Shown in pieces: positions 12,890 through 25,448 of a DNA stretch of 64,000 nt; the stretch's first letter is position 1, and every line of letters starts with the position of its first letter. Origin of the DNA: Octopus vulgaris (Eukaryota); contig OX597826.1 of the NCBI GenBank assembly GCA_951406725.2, forward strand, positions 50,344,001-50,408,000, given 5' to 3'. Below the pieces are notes generated by a model, which did no database searches, had not been told where the DNA came from, and saw only the letters and a program-made list of their open reading frames with translations. The position numbers and the translations under genes were made by a program.

Positions 12890-13966
12890 GTGAGTATAAA
12901 ACAATAATAAAACTAATTTTGAAAATATATTTTAGTCAGTTATATTCTTTATAAATAGGTTTAGCATTCATCATCAGCAACAACAGCATCACCATCATCA
13001 TAATCATCATCATATTATTTACGCCTGTTTTTTTTCCATACTGGTCTAGATCTGATAGGCCCTACTACAACACACATTCTCATCATGTGTCTCAGTCCTT
13101 TATGATCTCTCTTGTTTATATTTATTATCTAGAGATCCCCAATTCTTTCCATCACCCATGCCAGAATTGAAGCCAGATATTAAATCATGATGACATCTTC
13201 CTCTTCTACAAGCTGTTTCCATTTATTTTGGAAAGAAAAAAAATAAATATATTTATATTGCTGTCTTGTGATTTTCTTCTGTATATTCAGTAGTGTTTTA
13301 GATGAAGAGTCATCCCAAGCTGTCACCTCCCTAATTAGTGAAAATCCTAATCATTTTAACATCCACTCTGCCTGATAAACTCTGTCCAATCTATGATTGT
13401 ATGGGTCAGACAGTTTATTGAGGCAGATTTTCTATGGCCAGATGCCTTTCCTGTTGCCAACCCTTACCTGTTTCCTAGCAAGTTAATGTTTCCCCATGGC
13501 CTGACATGTTTTCACAGAATATTGAAAATGTATTACACTGCTTGAATGACAGTCATACACATTTACTACTATCACACAATGTCAAGACCTGCTCACATGC
13601 ATGCACGCATGCACACACAACAGGATCTTTTAGTTTCCATCTCCCAAATCCACTTCCAAAGCTTTGGTCTCTTCAGGGCTTATAGTTGGAGACACTCATC
13701 CAAGTTATCATACAATGGGACTGAAGCGAAAACCATATAGCTAGGAAGCAAACTTCTTAAACCATGCATTGTACATCAGTGATATAAATGGTCACATGCT
13801 ACAAACTGCAAGAAATAAACGGCCAACAAGCTGACATAATTACATTTAGAACGTCTTTCACAACTCCTCTCAAAAAACCAAAATTTCTGCCAGAGCCAAA
13901 CAACAGGTCTTAATTTATCTTTCATAACAGTGACCTGTGAATGTCTATTTTCCAGCCTTATAAGGA

Positions 13967-14197
13967 ATCATCATCATCATCATCGTTTAACGTCTGCTTT
14001 CCATGCTAGCATGGGTTGGATGATTCAACTGAGGTCTGGGAAGCCAGAAGGCTGCACCAGGCCCAGTCTGATCTGGCAGTGTTTCTACAGCTGGATGCCC
14101 TTCCTAACGCCAACCACTCTGTGAGTGTAGTGGGTGCTTTTTACGTGCCAGACGAGGCTGGCAAACGGCCACGATCGGATGGTGCTTTTTACGTGCC
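13967..14197 (-). mobile_element. SINE/retroposon family 3 with (GAT)n tail
   Basis: (CAT)n-cgtttaacgtctgctttccatgctagcatgggttgg...gctggatgcccttcctaacgccaaccact. Many copies in the window. Confidence 0.85.
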
Positions 14198-14352
14198 AAA
14201 CAATATAATGATAGTGGATGGACTGAAATACAGTCAACTCTTCCGTGGTGTTGTTTTGCATTTTTGATAAAATAAATACATACAAATTATAAAAATAATA
14301 ATAAAACATGCTAGCATGAAAGACAGGCGTTAAATGATGATGATGATTCAGT

Positions 14353-14438
14353 ACAGTACTGTTTCTACATTGTGGATTTTCACCTATCATGGGGTGTTTT
14401 GGAACGTAACACTTGCAATAGTCAAGGGATTATTGTAC
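14353..14438 (-). mobile_element. Tigger/pogo-like terminal fragment
   Basis: Minus strand TA-caataatcccttgactattgcaagtgttacgttccaaaacacccc...ataggtgaaaatcc resembles Tigger ends. Confidence 0.55.
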
Positions 14439-15080
14439 TTAGGAATGACTGTTAAGATTCTCTGAGTACATGAAAGATATTGAAGAGAATCAATTTGATT
14501 TTGTTTTGTTTGTGATGGATTTGGTAAGATGATTCCACTCTGAAGTTCTTATCATTTCATTAAGAAGCTAGCTATTTATTGGAAAGAAAGCAGGAGGTGT
14601 CAGTGACTAGCAACCATCCAGTTACCATAACAAAATATAAACTAGTGTCTAGTTTTTGTCTTCAATTGGAAGTCGAGAATGGTGGAGTTATTCCATGGGT
14701 AGATGGGCTTTGACACTCCAAACATATTAGGAATAGAAAAGAAAAACAAAAGATTTTTAGTGTAAACATTTTGTCACACATGTATAAGTTTAAAAAAAAC
14801 CAAACAAACCTCTAAGTATAATGAAACTATGAAGATAATCCTCTGCAATTGGGATTAAAAAAAAAATTCAGGTTTCGAATTTATTTACTTTACCTTGAAC
14901 TTTGATAAATTGCTTTAGGTTAAAACTCGACTATAGTTTGTGTGCTAATTATACTAATATACTTTACTGTACCTTTATATTGTAGAAACTTTACCTGAAG
15001 TTTGTTAACACATCTCATCTCAAATATCTCTCTTTTTGTATTTCAAATCGTTGCCTCACAGAATTTTACTTTCTTTTCAG

Positions 15081-15149
15081 GCTATGGTGGCTTGCTTAGA
15101 ATCAAGAAACTACATTCAAATCAGGAATTCTCTTATAATTCTCACAAAG
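15081..15149 (+). CDS. THOC2: THOC2 exon J
   Basis: ttttcag| ... aag|gttttg. AMVACLESRNYIQIRNSLIILTK. Confidence 0.95.
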
Positions 15150-15222
15150 GTTTTGTATTGCTACATTTGTAAATATTTAGTTTTGTTTGTATCTAGTTTT
15201 GCAGGATTATTATTACAATGAA

Positions 15223-15419
15223 GGTGGCAGAAACGTTAGCGCACTGGGCGAAATGCTTAGCGGTATTTCGTCTGTTGTTACGTTCTGAGTTCAAATTCCG
15301 CCGAGGACGACTTTGTCTTTCATCCTCTCGGGGTCGATAAATAGAGTACCAGTTTCGCACTGGGTCGATGTAATCGACTTAATCCCTTTGTTTGGCCCCT
15401 TGTGGGTAGTAAAGAAATA
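15223..15419 (+). mobile_element. tRNA-derived SINE family 2 with 15-bp TSD
   Basis: TSD tattattacaatgaa at 15208-15222 and 15420-15434. B box GAGTTCAAATTCC. Confidence 0.9.
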
Positions 15420-15769
15420 TATTATTACAATGAAAATTTTTTCTAGATATCTGCTTTATTTACACATTATCCATCAGGTGTCACCCAGACACCTGAGGTA
15501 GATATGATATTCTTAATACATTGGATGAATATATGATATCAAGAAGCACTAAGACTGGCTAAATTTAAATTACAAAAAAGCACATACGCATGAGTGTTCA
15601 GTAAAAATGCTATAAAAACTATGGAATTTATGGTGATAGTGCTTTCTGTAAAGATTGTTTTCACTATTTCTGTTCTATCTAGTTAGTGCAGGATTATCGT
15701 TAGAAGTAAAAATTTTGTTTTATGTTTATTTTTTTTAGTAATATTTTGTTAAAGTACTTATTTTACAAC

Positions 15770-15995
15770 TTAACCCTTTAGCGTTCAGATTGCTCTGTCA
15801 CTTGTAATGCTTTATGTATTCACATAATATTAAATTAATCATGCATTATTTCATAGCTTTGAGATATCAATGATGTGATTGTTTATTTCTAAAATGACAC
15901 TGTCGGGTAGGTATGAAAAGCCAGATTTTACCAGTTTGAGGATAAAAATAGAATATTTTGGCTGGATATGGTCAGTTTTAATGCTAAAGGGTTAA
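15770..15995 (+). mobile_element. TTAA-flanked MITE family A (piggyBac-like)
   Basis: TTAA-CCCTTTAGC...GCTAAAGGG-TTAA terminal inverted repeats, about 220 bp. Further copies near 30682-30914, 37701-37909, 38574-38712, 41400-41582 and 47898-48097. Confidence 0.85.
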
Positions 15996-16167
15996 TGTGC
16001 TTCCTAGAAGGAAATGCGGTCAGGAAATGGTGCCAGTGTTTTTAGTGAAATAGATTGCTGTGAAAAAAATGTTCCTTGAGTTAAGCATGATTAAATTAAA
16101 TTTCTTTCTTTTAACAAATTATTATATGGAGGTATATTTTAATCAGTTGGTCCTGTTCCCTTATGTA

Positions 16168-16800
16168 TCATCATCAGCATCATTGTTTAACGTCCATTTC
16201 CCACGATGGCATGGGTTGGACAGTTTGCTCGGCTCCAATCTGATCTGGCAATGTTTCTACAGCTGGATGCCCTTCCTAATGCCAACCACCCCAAGAGTGT
16301 GTAGTGGGTGCTTTTTACATGCCACTGGCACAGGAGCCAGTCAGGCGGAACTAGCATTGGCCACGATCAGATGGTGCTTTTTACGTGCCAGCAGCACAGG
16401 AGCCAATTGGGGCAGGGGGCTGGCATCAGCCATGTTCGGATGTTACTTTTTACATGCCACCGGCACAGGGAGTCAGTCAGGTAGCACTGGCAACAACCCA
16501 CGCATGAATGGTGCTTATTGCTTGCCACCAGCACGAGAGCCAGTCAAGCGGCACTGGTATACGCCACATCTACAATTTCCATGTGATTTGATTTTGATTG
16601 AATTGCTGACTCAATAGGTCTCCTCCATCAACATGTCGCCCGACGATTCAAAGGTACTTTTTAAATGGGCTGGTTATGCAACACTAGTAGTGTAGGCTAC
16701 GGCTGTGATGTCACTTTCCTTGATGGGTCTTCTCAATCACAGAGGTCTCGGTCTTTCATCATTGCCTCTGTGAGGCCCAACGTTCGAAGGTCATGCTTCA
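16168..16800 (-). mobile_element. Retroposon family 3, long copy with internal gtgctttttacatgccaccggcac repeats
   Basis: Same 3' block, plus several internal subrepeats. Source of the spurious 185-aa ORF. Confidence 0.85.
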
Positions 16801-17069
16801 CCACCTCAACCTATGTCTTCCATGGGTTCCTTCCACTGTTAGGGAGTGATACTTCACACAGCTCTCTTCATTCATACGTATCTTTACCTAATTTTTGTTC
16901 CATTGAATTAGCGTTTCTCTTCAGTCTCTTTCAAGTTGCACAACTAACTTGAATTAAATCCTATCTCATCCCTCACTCTGCTAATCTTTTCTCTCCGAGG
17001 AAACAAACAAAGAAATGTATAATTGCGATTTTTAAATACTAATAAATTCTTATCGTGAAATGTTTCTAG

Positions 17070-17185
17070 ATTCTTCCATATTATCCAAGAGTAATGCAGT
17101 TTGGTCAAGCACTAGAGCGAAGAGTGAACAGAATTCGACAAGAAGAAAAAGAGAAACGTCCAGACATTTATGCTCTTGCTATGGG
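17070..17185 (+). CDS. THOC2: THOC2 exon K
   Basis: tttctag| ... |gtgaga. [38 protein letters not shown](G). Confidence 0.97.
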
Positions 17186-17818
17186 GTGAGATTATTTTTT
17201 TTTTATTGCTCTAAAATTACTCCACCATTTTCTTACCAACTTGCTCTGTATAATTGTACTATCCACCATTGTAGAATACCACACTGTCTGAAAACGCCTT
17301 CCATCATTTATTTATATTTAAATCAAAACATTGATTTAGATCTTGTTACCTTAGTGATAACCCGCAACTTCATTTAATAAATACTTGCTGTACACTCTTC
17401 ATCAGATTAGTGATGGACCAGTACCCTGTCCAGGGAGGAATATATGTGCTAAGAAACTGGAAAACTGGTCCTATGCTCCTTACGGAGTAATGTGGACTAA
17501 CCATGTAATATATTAATAACTCCTTTCATATTAGTGATAATTAATTTTGTCTTTCAGATTTTTACCTGTAATTACAGTAGTTTTTACATGATGTCATTCT
17601 TTTGACAAAATTTATTTAAATTGGGAAAAGTTTTCTGATTAAAGTATGTTCTTTTTTGTTCTCTTTGTTAGTACAAAGAGAAATTGGTTCAATTACATTT
17701 GCTACCATTAATTAAAGCCATTTCTAATAGGGTCTTTTTCTATTTTCATAGTTAATTATTCCTCAAATATTACTCCATATGATCATATGATGGCTGAAGT
17801 GTATAATACCTACAATTG

Positions 17819-18320
17819 ACTCTCTCTCTTTCTCTCTCTCTCTCTCTCCTTCATCTCTCCTAAGCAATGTTTATATGAAGTCTCCATGCACTGGTCCCTG
17901 GTCCTTGTTTTCATTATTGTTCACTCCTCTCCTATCAATCTTCCACTCTACTGTTATTCTCTCTCACACCACCTGATTATTCCACTGGACCTCTTTCTAT
18001 TTATCTCCCTCTTACATGCTCTCCTTTATTGCTACCATCACTCTCTCTCTCCCCTCACCCCATTACTCCCTCCCTTATCACTCGTTGGCATTCATCACTC
18101 TCTTATCACCATCTTCATTTCTGTCAGTCATTCTCATGTTACCCCCTCTTCCATCATTCGTTGACTTCCATCACTCTCACTCCTCTCTCAGTTACAATAC
18201 TCCTTCTTCTGTAAGTTTGTCTTCTATAATGTTCTCTCTTCCTCCATCATGTCACTCATACTGTTTTTATTCAATCTCCTTTTTTGCTCTGATTTTCTTC
18301 CATTACTCTCACTTTTATCT
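17819..18320. repeat. Pyrimidine-rich (CT) low-complexity tract
   Basis: Degenerate (CT)n/(CAT)n. A mirror GA-rich tract lies at 29630-30060, and both abut family 3-like remnants. Confidence 0.8.
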
Positions 18321-18602
18321 ACCAGTATAAGACAGTCCTTGTGTACTAATGAGAAAAAATATAGACAACACTAAGGAGCATTCTTTTGTCTTGCCATGGA
18401 CAAGGCAACCTCTCTAGTTCTGGTGCCAAAATAAATATGCACTTAGAGTACACTCTGCAAAGAAGTAGGAGATAGGAAGGGAATCTATCTAGTAACCATG
18501 TCAAAAATGCAGTGTATAAGAGAGAAATGGATTTTGATCCATGTAGGAAGACAATAAGTTCTATGATAATTAAAATTTTTTTATTTTTAATTTCTTTTCC
18601 AG

Positions 18603-18678
18603 CTATTCTGGTCAACTGAAAAATAAAAAATCTATGTGGGTTCCTGAACATGAATTTCATATCAAAAACAAAGAAGCT
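18603..18678 (+). CDS. THOC2: THOC2 exon L
   Basis: tttccag| ... |gtaagt. YSGQLKNKKSMWVPEHEFHIKNKEA (cf. YSGQLKSRKSYMIPENEFH). Confidence 0.96.
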
Positions 18679-18875
18679 GTAAGTAATAAGATGTTTCAGT
18701 TCTTAATTTTTGTCAGTCAAATGTATATTTGCTTGTTACAAATATTGTTTTGGGGAAAAGGGAGTGGGTAACTTATGAGCTTTCAATTAGCAGCTAGTAA
18801 TAAGGTTGTAATTAATTTGATGTTATCAGAAGAATTATCTAAAGGATGCATGTATATATGTATGTGTTTATATAT

Positions 18876-19405
18876 GCCAGCCTCGCCTGACCCCCGTGCC
18901 GGTGGAACATAAAAAGCACCATCTGATCGTGGCCATTTGCCAGACTCGTCTGGCACCTGTGCTGGTGGCACGTAAAAAGCACCCACTACACTCATGGAGT
19001 GGTTGGCGTTAGGAAGGGCATCCAGCCATAGAAGCATTGCCAGATCAGACTGGGCCTGGTGCAGCCTTCTGGCTTCCCAGACCCCAGTTGAACCGTCCAA
19101 CCCATGCTAGCATGGAAAGCAGACGCTAAACGATGATGATGATAATGATGATGATGTACATATGTATGTGTATGTGAGCATGTGTATAATCACAGTTGTG
19201 GTGATAAAATCACAGTTGTGGCAGATACTGGTGGCACACAAACACACCCATCACTTTCTCAGACTGGTTGGCATTAGGAAGGGCATCCAGCTATAGAAAC
19301 CATGTCAAATCAGACTGGAGTCTAGAACAGTCTTCTAGCTTGCCAGCTCTGGTCACTCTGCCCAACCCATGCCAGCATGGACAACTGATGTTAAATGATG
19401 ATGAT
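18876..19405 (+). mobile_element. Two tandem family 3 copies (18876-19155 young; ~19190-19405 older)
   Basis: ggttggcgttaggaagggcatccagc...ccaacccatgctagcatggaaagcagacgctaaacgatgatgat. Confidence 0.85.
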
Positions 19406-19840
19406 GTTACTGCTTAATCCTTTTGATACCAAGACTGCCTTTGATTTTATGATACGAACTTCCAGTTTTAACTTTCTAACATTTAAATTGGCCATGTCTG
19501 GCTCAAATGTACTACCTGTTTGATTTTCAAACCAGCCAGTTCCAGCTTATCACACCTACTCTTCAATGTCATTCTAAAATTTACTATCACATCATCAAAG
19601 TTTGCTATTTGATTGTGTTTTATCCATGGGTAGGCAGATATATCTTGTTTCCATTATTCATGTCTGTAGTTGATAAGCAGGTGCCAGTGTTACTTAACAG
19701 TTGATTGATAGGCATTATGATCAACCAGCTGTAAAAAGTTTCGCCCTCAAATTATATGTAATACTGTGAAATAAATAATAAACAACAATTAATAATGACA
19801 GCAAATCTGTATAATTAATATACTTTGGAATAAATTTCAG

Positions 19841-19907
19841 CCAAAGAATCAAACAAAAAGTACTTCACATTCATCCAAACATGACATTTCCAGAAAATCA
19901 ATGGAAA
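19841..19907 (+). CDS. THOC2: THOC2 exon M (start of disordered C-terminal tail)
   Basis: atttcag| ... |gtaagt. PKNQTKSTSHSSKHDISRKSME. Phase 0 in and phase 1 out, exactly bridging exons L and N. Confidence 0.88.
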
Positions 19908-20198
19908 GTAAGTATAATTTCAAATGTTATAACTCACCTGTTTGATTACCATATCTATCAGTCAATCACTTTTAAATATTTGTTGCTCATTCATCTGCTA
20001 TTGTAGAATCTTTTACACCCTAGATGCCATCATTGGAATCATTCAACTGTAGCAATTTTAATTTTAACTTCATCTTGTACATCAGCACTTGGGTTCAAGA
20101 AAGTATCCTTGTTATGACAATATTAAATAAATGGAAAGGTTAAGGTATTCTGCTTGGTGATATTGAATTACTATAGTTGTTGGGTTGTGCTTGAAATA

Positions 20199-20433
20199 CC
20201 TATTTCTTTTTTACCCACAAGGGGCTAAACATAGAGGGGACAAACAAGGACAGACAAACGGATTAAGTCGATTACATCAATCCCAGTGCGTAACTGGTAC
20301 TTAATTTATCGACCCCGAAAGGATGAAAGGCAAAGTCAACCTCGGTGGAATTTGAACTCAGAACGTAACAGCAGACGAAATACGGCTACGCATTTTGCCT
20401 GGCGTGCTAACATTTCTGCCAGCTTGCTGCTTT
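20199..20433 (-). mobile_element. SINE family 2 with 14-bp TSD
   Basis: TSD ttgtgcttgaaata at 20185-20198 and 20434-20447. Reverse complement of the 15223 copy. Confidence 0.9.
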
Positions 20434-20784
20434 TTGTGCTTGAAATATCATCTCAGCCTTCCCACTCTTCACTCAGTAGAACAATCAGGATGTAACAGCT
20501 AGTGGAAGGGAAGGCTGTACCAGTCCAAGGCTGGTCCTCATTTACAGTTGAGCAGACTAGTGCAACGTAGAATGTAGTGCCTTGCGCAACATGCTGCCCA
20601 GCTCAGAAATTGAACCCATGACATTATGATAGTGAGCCCAACACCTGAACTTACTAAGTCACATGTAAATATTTATAGCATGCATACATTGACTGTTTGT
20701 CTCTCTCACCTGCACACACACACTCTCTCTCTCTCTCTCTCACACACACACAAAATGCATATTATTTTTGGTTTACATTTGTAG

Positions 20785-20938
20785 ATAAGACCCGTGATGG
20801 AAAAGAAATCAAAGAGATTAAGAAGGAGAAAAATGACAAGAAAGTTGATAAGATTGAGCCTGTTGTGGAAGGAAGATCTAAACCAAATCTCGCTGCTGAC
20901 CTCAAGAAAAATGATTTTGATAAAAAACCTAGTGTCAG
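20785..20938 (+). CDS. THOC2: THOC2 exon N (K/E/D-rich tail)
   Basis: tttgtag| ... |gtaaat. (N)KTRDGKEIKEIKKEKNDKKVDKIEPVVEGRSKPNLAADLKKNDFDKKPSV, phase 1 in and phase 2 out. Confidence 0.9.
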
Positions 20939-22544
20939 GTAAATATTTGCTTGTTTTAATGATATTGATAGTTAGGTTCCAATAAGTAGATTTCTCCAAT
21001 AAAAATCACTTCTTAATGATTTAGATACAAAACTAACACAATGTCAGAGCTCTATCTTGAATTTTAAACAGTCTGTATGCTTTAATTTTTATTCATTTAT
21101 ATATTTTTGAGAATGTAGATCTATGCAAAATAGTTGTTTAGTCACAGGTCAGTCCTGTTGTCTAGTGTGTTCTGGTAGGGTGTGATTTGTGAGAGATTTG
21201 GCTACTGTTTCTAGTGAGTAGAGCCATCATGTTGAACAGTTATGGTCAAACTGTGGCATGCAGGACTTACTGATTGGCACATCAAGGAAAAATTACCTTG
21301 AATTTCTTTTAGTCATGCAACCTGGCTGGTGATGAGTTAAGTCTCATGCAGCCTACTTCTCAGAAAAGATGGCCCATGTCTGATATAGAAGCTCCTTCCC
21401 TAATTTGTATGTCCAAAGTTGTTCTTCAGGGCATCATGACCCAGAGCATTTCATGTAGAAATGTAAATTTAAATACATAACAGATAATTATGGTGTTTGT
21501 TATAATAGTTTATTACCTTTTTAAATCAATGTAGCAACAAAGGTGAAAGCTTGTAATTGGTTGAATTGAACTTAGTTCAATTACTGATATTTAATGTTAT
21601 CAGCCATAGCTGGACTTGAACACTGAACCAAGAAGAATGAAACAAAATGTACAATGAATGAATTTATTAGACTGTAGAAAACCCATCACACTCACAGACA
21701 CACATTTGTATGTGTGCATGTATATTTACATTCCATGTCTTTGTATGAAAAGTGTTGAGCTAAAACCATTATTTGATTATCCCCCTGCCAACAAACTATT
21801 TCTCAATTCTGGATTTCTGAAGACATATGGCATAAAAAAAAAATCCCTTTTTTAAAAAAAGAATTGTGATTGGCTGTGAAATGTCAGTAATATATATTCA
21901 TCTAACCCATGCTAGCATGAAAAAGATGGACATAAAACAAACTAGTGTCTGAGGGTAACTCACTGCCATGTTAATTTTGTATAATTAAATGTACTTGTTC
22001 TTCAACAATTGGGAATCAATAAAATTCTGTCTGATGATGTTTTCTTCAGTAGCTGACATTGGTGGATCAGTATTTAGATTTTGGTTTTTTTTTTTTTAGT
22101 TGTGTTTAGGGTCACTCCTTAAGACCCCACATTTAAGGGCTTGTTCCTAGATGAAATCAACTTGGTAGAACCTATCTCCTCCTTCATCCAAATTGTATCC
22201 TTAGGAAGAGTTTAATTCATCAAGTCGAACTAGTAAAATGCATTAATTTTTTGTGGGCTCTTCCTGGTTACATAAGAAAGCTGTCTTACGTGTGTTCTTA
22301 AGCTGAGTGAGAGCTGTTGTCTTATCATGAATGACCCAGTGTTGTGATTGGTCTTTCAGTACCTTGTTAATCATTGTGATTTCTTAAGTGTATGAATGAA
22401 GTAGAGAAAAAATACTTTGAGACAGGAAAGATTTTCTAAAAGAAGCTTTGCTCCTTTCATTTACCATGTCTCATCCATGGTATGGTTAATGTTTTATAGA
22501 ATTCCAAGGGGGGAAAAAAATGAAAATTTTATTTCTTCTTTTAG

Positions 22545-22954
22545 TGCCTTGAAAGAAGAGAGAAATCCTTTAAAAGAGAGAGGGACTAGCAAAGAAAGGT
22601 CACCTGAGAAAAATAGTGACAAAGAGAACCGGCATAAAGAGGAGAAGAGACACAGCAAAAGTCACGAAGAAAAGATTGTCACGAAAGAACGGTTGAGCGG
22701 ATCAAAAGAGAAGACGACCAGCAAGGAGAAGTCTGAAGAGAAAAAACTGCGTAAACAGGAGAAGGATGACGAGAAATACGAAGAGAAAAAGATCAAAGAG
22801 AGTTACTACAAGGAGAAGGACATTGGAAGTAGTGGCAGCAGTAGCAGTAGCAGATACAATGAGAAACCTTCAACTATGGTAGCGTCTGGAGGAGGAAGTT
22901 GTAACCAGCATCGACGAAGTGCAGAAACTTCTCCAAAACATGCTGATGACCGGG
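22545..22954 (+). CDS. THOC2: THOC2 exon O (large K/E/R/S-rich exon)
   Basis: cttttag| ... cggg|gttagt. (S)ALKEERNPLKERGTSKERSPEK...RRSAETSPKHADDR, a mixed-charge tail typical of THOC2. Phase 2 in and phase 1 out. Confidence 0.92.
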
Positions 22955-22995
22955 GTTAGTATTGTCATTTTGTTTTGTTTTATAGTTTAACTATA

Positions 22996-23320
22996 GGAGA
23001 TGTACTTGCATAGCAAGTGATTTGATCCGAGATCGTGTGCTGAAACGAAAGCAATTTCCCGCGTGGAAGGTGTTTGTAAGCCATTTAAGAAACACACAAA
23101 AGCCGTTCGATTCACTTCAACATTTAAGTTTAACTTGTCAAAATATTTTCGTCGCTTTAAGACCGCGACCTATTCACTGACAAAAATCTGTGCAGCACGG
23201 TGAACAGGTCGTGGTCTTAAAGCGACGAAAATATTTTGACAAATTAAACTTAAATGTTGAAGTGAATCGAACGGCTTTTGTGTGTTTCTTAAATGGCTTA
23301 CAAACACCTTCCACGCTGCA
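22996..23320. mobile_element. Foldback (palindromic) insertion with 14-bp TSD
   Basis: 117-bp inverted arms at 23061-23177 and 23200-23316 (3 mismatches). Direct repeat atagtttaactata at 22982-22995 and 23321-23334. Confidence 0.85.
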
Positions 23321-23361
23321 ATAGTTTAACTATAAATCTGCTTTTATTTCATTGCCTGGGT

Positions 23362-23968
23362 TTAACCTTTTAGTGTATAAAGCAGCCATATCCAGCCCAA
23401 ATCTTTTACATGTTTTACATTCAAACTGGCCATACACTGGCCTTTTACACCTAACCTCCACTGACATTCTGAAAATACACTGTCACATCATCGAAACCTC
23501 AGAACTATAACAAAATGCATGATAGATTCCAAAACAATTTGAAGAAAAAAATATTATACTTAACAGAGTAATATGAACACTAAAAGGTTAAACCTATCAA
23601 AATTTCATGTTATTTATGCTTCAAACACCAATTTAATAATCTCAAAGTCTTGCTAAGTTCTTAGTTATTTCCAAAAGTGACTGAAAAAAAGGTTAGTGTA
23701 TTTTAACAGAAATATGCTAACAAAGTGATTGATGTGATCTAAATTTCACCCTTTAGCATTTAAACTGATAAAATCTGGCCCAAATATTCTACATGTTTTA
23801 CATTCAAATTAGCCACATCTAGCCTATTACAGCTAACGTACGCTGACATTCTGAAAATAATCAGATCATTGAAATCTCAGAGCTATAAGATAATGCATGA
23901 TGAATTCAAAACAATGTGTAAAAAAAGGTATTACATTTGACAGAGTAATCTGAATGCTTAAGGGTTAA
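23362..23968. mobile_element. Cluster of TTAA MITEs (A minus, B fragment, A minus)
   Basis: Similarity to the 15770 and 865 copies, joined at TTAA sites. Confidence 0.75.
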
Positions 23969-24730
23969 ATCCTAGCTTTGTTGTATTGTTTCAAAATAAA
24001 AAGAAATGTAGCGTTTCTAGTAGGAATTAAAACAAATCTACACAAGGACTAAACTATACTGCAACCATGGCATGGATTTTGTGGACAGTAACTATGGAAA
24101 CCTATTGCGGTTTTATATATATATATATGATGATAATAATATTATGGAGTATAACTCCAAACTTACAGGGAAAAATTAAATTCAGTATTCAATCAAATTT
24201 CACAATATAAATATATAATATATATAAATTAGAGAAAAACCACTATTATGTAATTCAAACAATGATAGACATAAACCAAATCAGATAGAAAAAATAAAAT
24301 ATATTATAAAACATATATCTAGATCACAAAAAAAGTACAAAAAAATGAATAAACATTACATAAGTAAAAAGACTATATATATATATATATGGTGTCTTGC
24401 TATAATCAAGGAAACCTGTCCTTCGCATCAGAAGTGTTAAGACTACATCCCCTGGTAAAGAGGATTGGCCTGGAAGAGTTGTATGCCAGTGCCATGTAAA
24501 AAGCACTCATGCTAGTGCATTATCAAGTAGATTCTGATTGGGAAAATGTGCCATTTGTCTTAATTTTTTCATCTACTACATAAATGTTTTTTCATGAACC
24601 ATAGAGAACCATTATCATATCTGATTAATCAATTAAAAGCAAATATAGTTGAGTAGTAAACCAAATTACTCTTAAAAATATTTTTGTATTGTTCTAGGGA
24701 GTTAATCAGTTTGGATTTGTTATGTGTGTA

Positions 24731-25306
24731 CAAGGTGACCCAAAAGTTCTGTTACAAAGATTAAACAACGTATTTCAGCCAAATTTGAATCAATTTACTT
24801 GAAAACTTTCACACTAGTTTTTAACATTTTCAGCGATGTTACAGCAAAAAATTATTCAATAAATCCACCTTGTTTTTTTATTACAGCCCTAAGTTTACCA
24901 AGCACTGTTTCAACAATGACTTGTAAGACTTCTAGTGGTATTTTATTCCATTCACACTACAGGGACCTCTTTAAAGCTGCTACTGAGCAATGAGATTTAG
25001 CCCAAGCATTAGTCTACAAGATGGAGCAAATGCTAAAGTCCATTGGGTTGAGGTCTGGGCTTGAGGGAGGTCATTTTCCTTTGGACAAAAAATCTGGGAC
25101 ATTGTTGCTAAGCCACCTCTGTGCCCTGTGGGCAGGCTCCATCCTGCTGGAAGAGAAGGGGGTCACCATTGAACAAATAATAATGAGTCTTTCATAGCTT
25201 GCAGCTTTGATTTTGACTCCTTGAGGAACAAAAATAATGATAAAATTGCCACTTTTTATGTTGAACTAAACTTCAAAAAATGTAACAGAACTTTTGGGTT
25301 GCCCTG
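24731..25306 (-). mobile_element. Internally deleted Tc1/mariner-superfamily transposon (maT/DD37D-like catalytic remnant)
   Basis: TA TSD. 26-bp TIRs caaggtgacccaaaagttctgttaca / tgtaacagaacttttgggttgccctg. Minus-strand frameshifted FQQDGA-PAHRAQRWLSNNVPDFLSKGK*PPSSPDLNPMDFSI. Confidence 0.9.
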
Positions 25307-25401
25307 TACATGTATGTATATGTGTATGCATGTATGTGTATTGATGTATATTTGTTTTTTGTTTTTTTAATTACTTTGTATTTTGTCTTTTGTCTTTTTA
25401 G

Positions 25402-25448
25402 AAGCGAAACGAAGAAAGCTGGAGTCAGCCTCATCCACTTCAACAAAG
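25402..25448 (+). CDS. THOC2: THOC2 exon P; reads through to a stop at 25472 if the donor is not used
   Basis: tttttag| ... aag|gttagt. (E)AKRRKLESASSTSTK, with an NLS-like KRRK (cf. vertebrate QKRRKIDT...SSTVK). Read-through gives VSMDVSA* (TGA 25470-25472). Exons A-P sum to 2124 nt, a multiple of 3. Confidence 0.88.

Noticed and set aside
16060-16617. 185-aa ORF, and similar ORFs at 360, 14016, 18783, 39237-39917, 48895, 50438 and 62571
   Set aside because: They lie within SINE/retroposon copies. The same pseudo-peptides recur in several copies and in different frames.
22417-22544. N-terminal part of the 180-aa ORF (MRQERFSKRS...)
   Set aside because: Intronic in-frame extension. The real exon starts at the acceptor 22544/22545, in phase with exon N.
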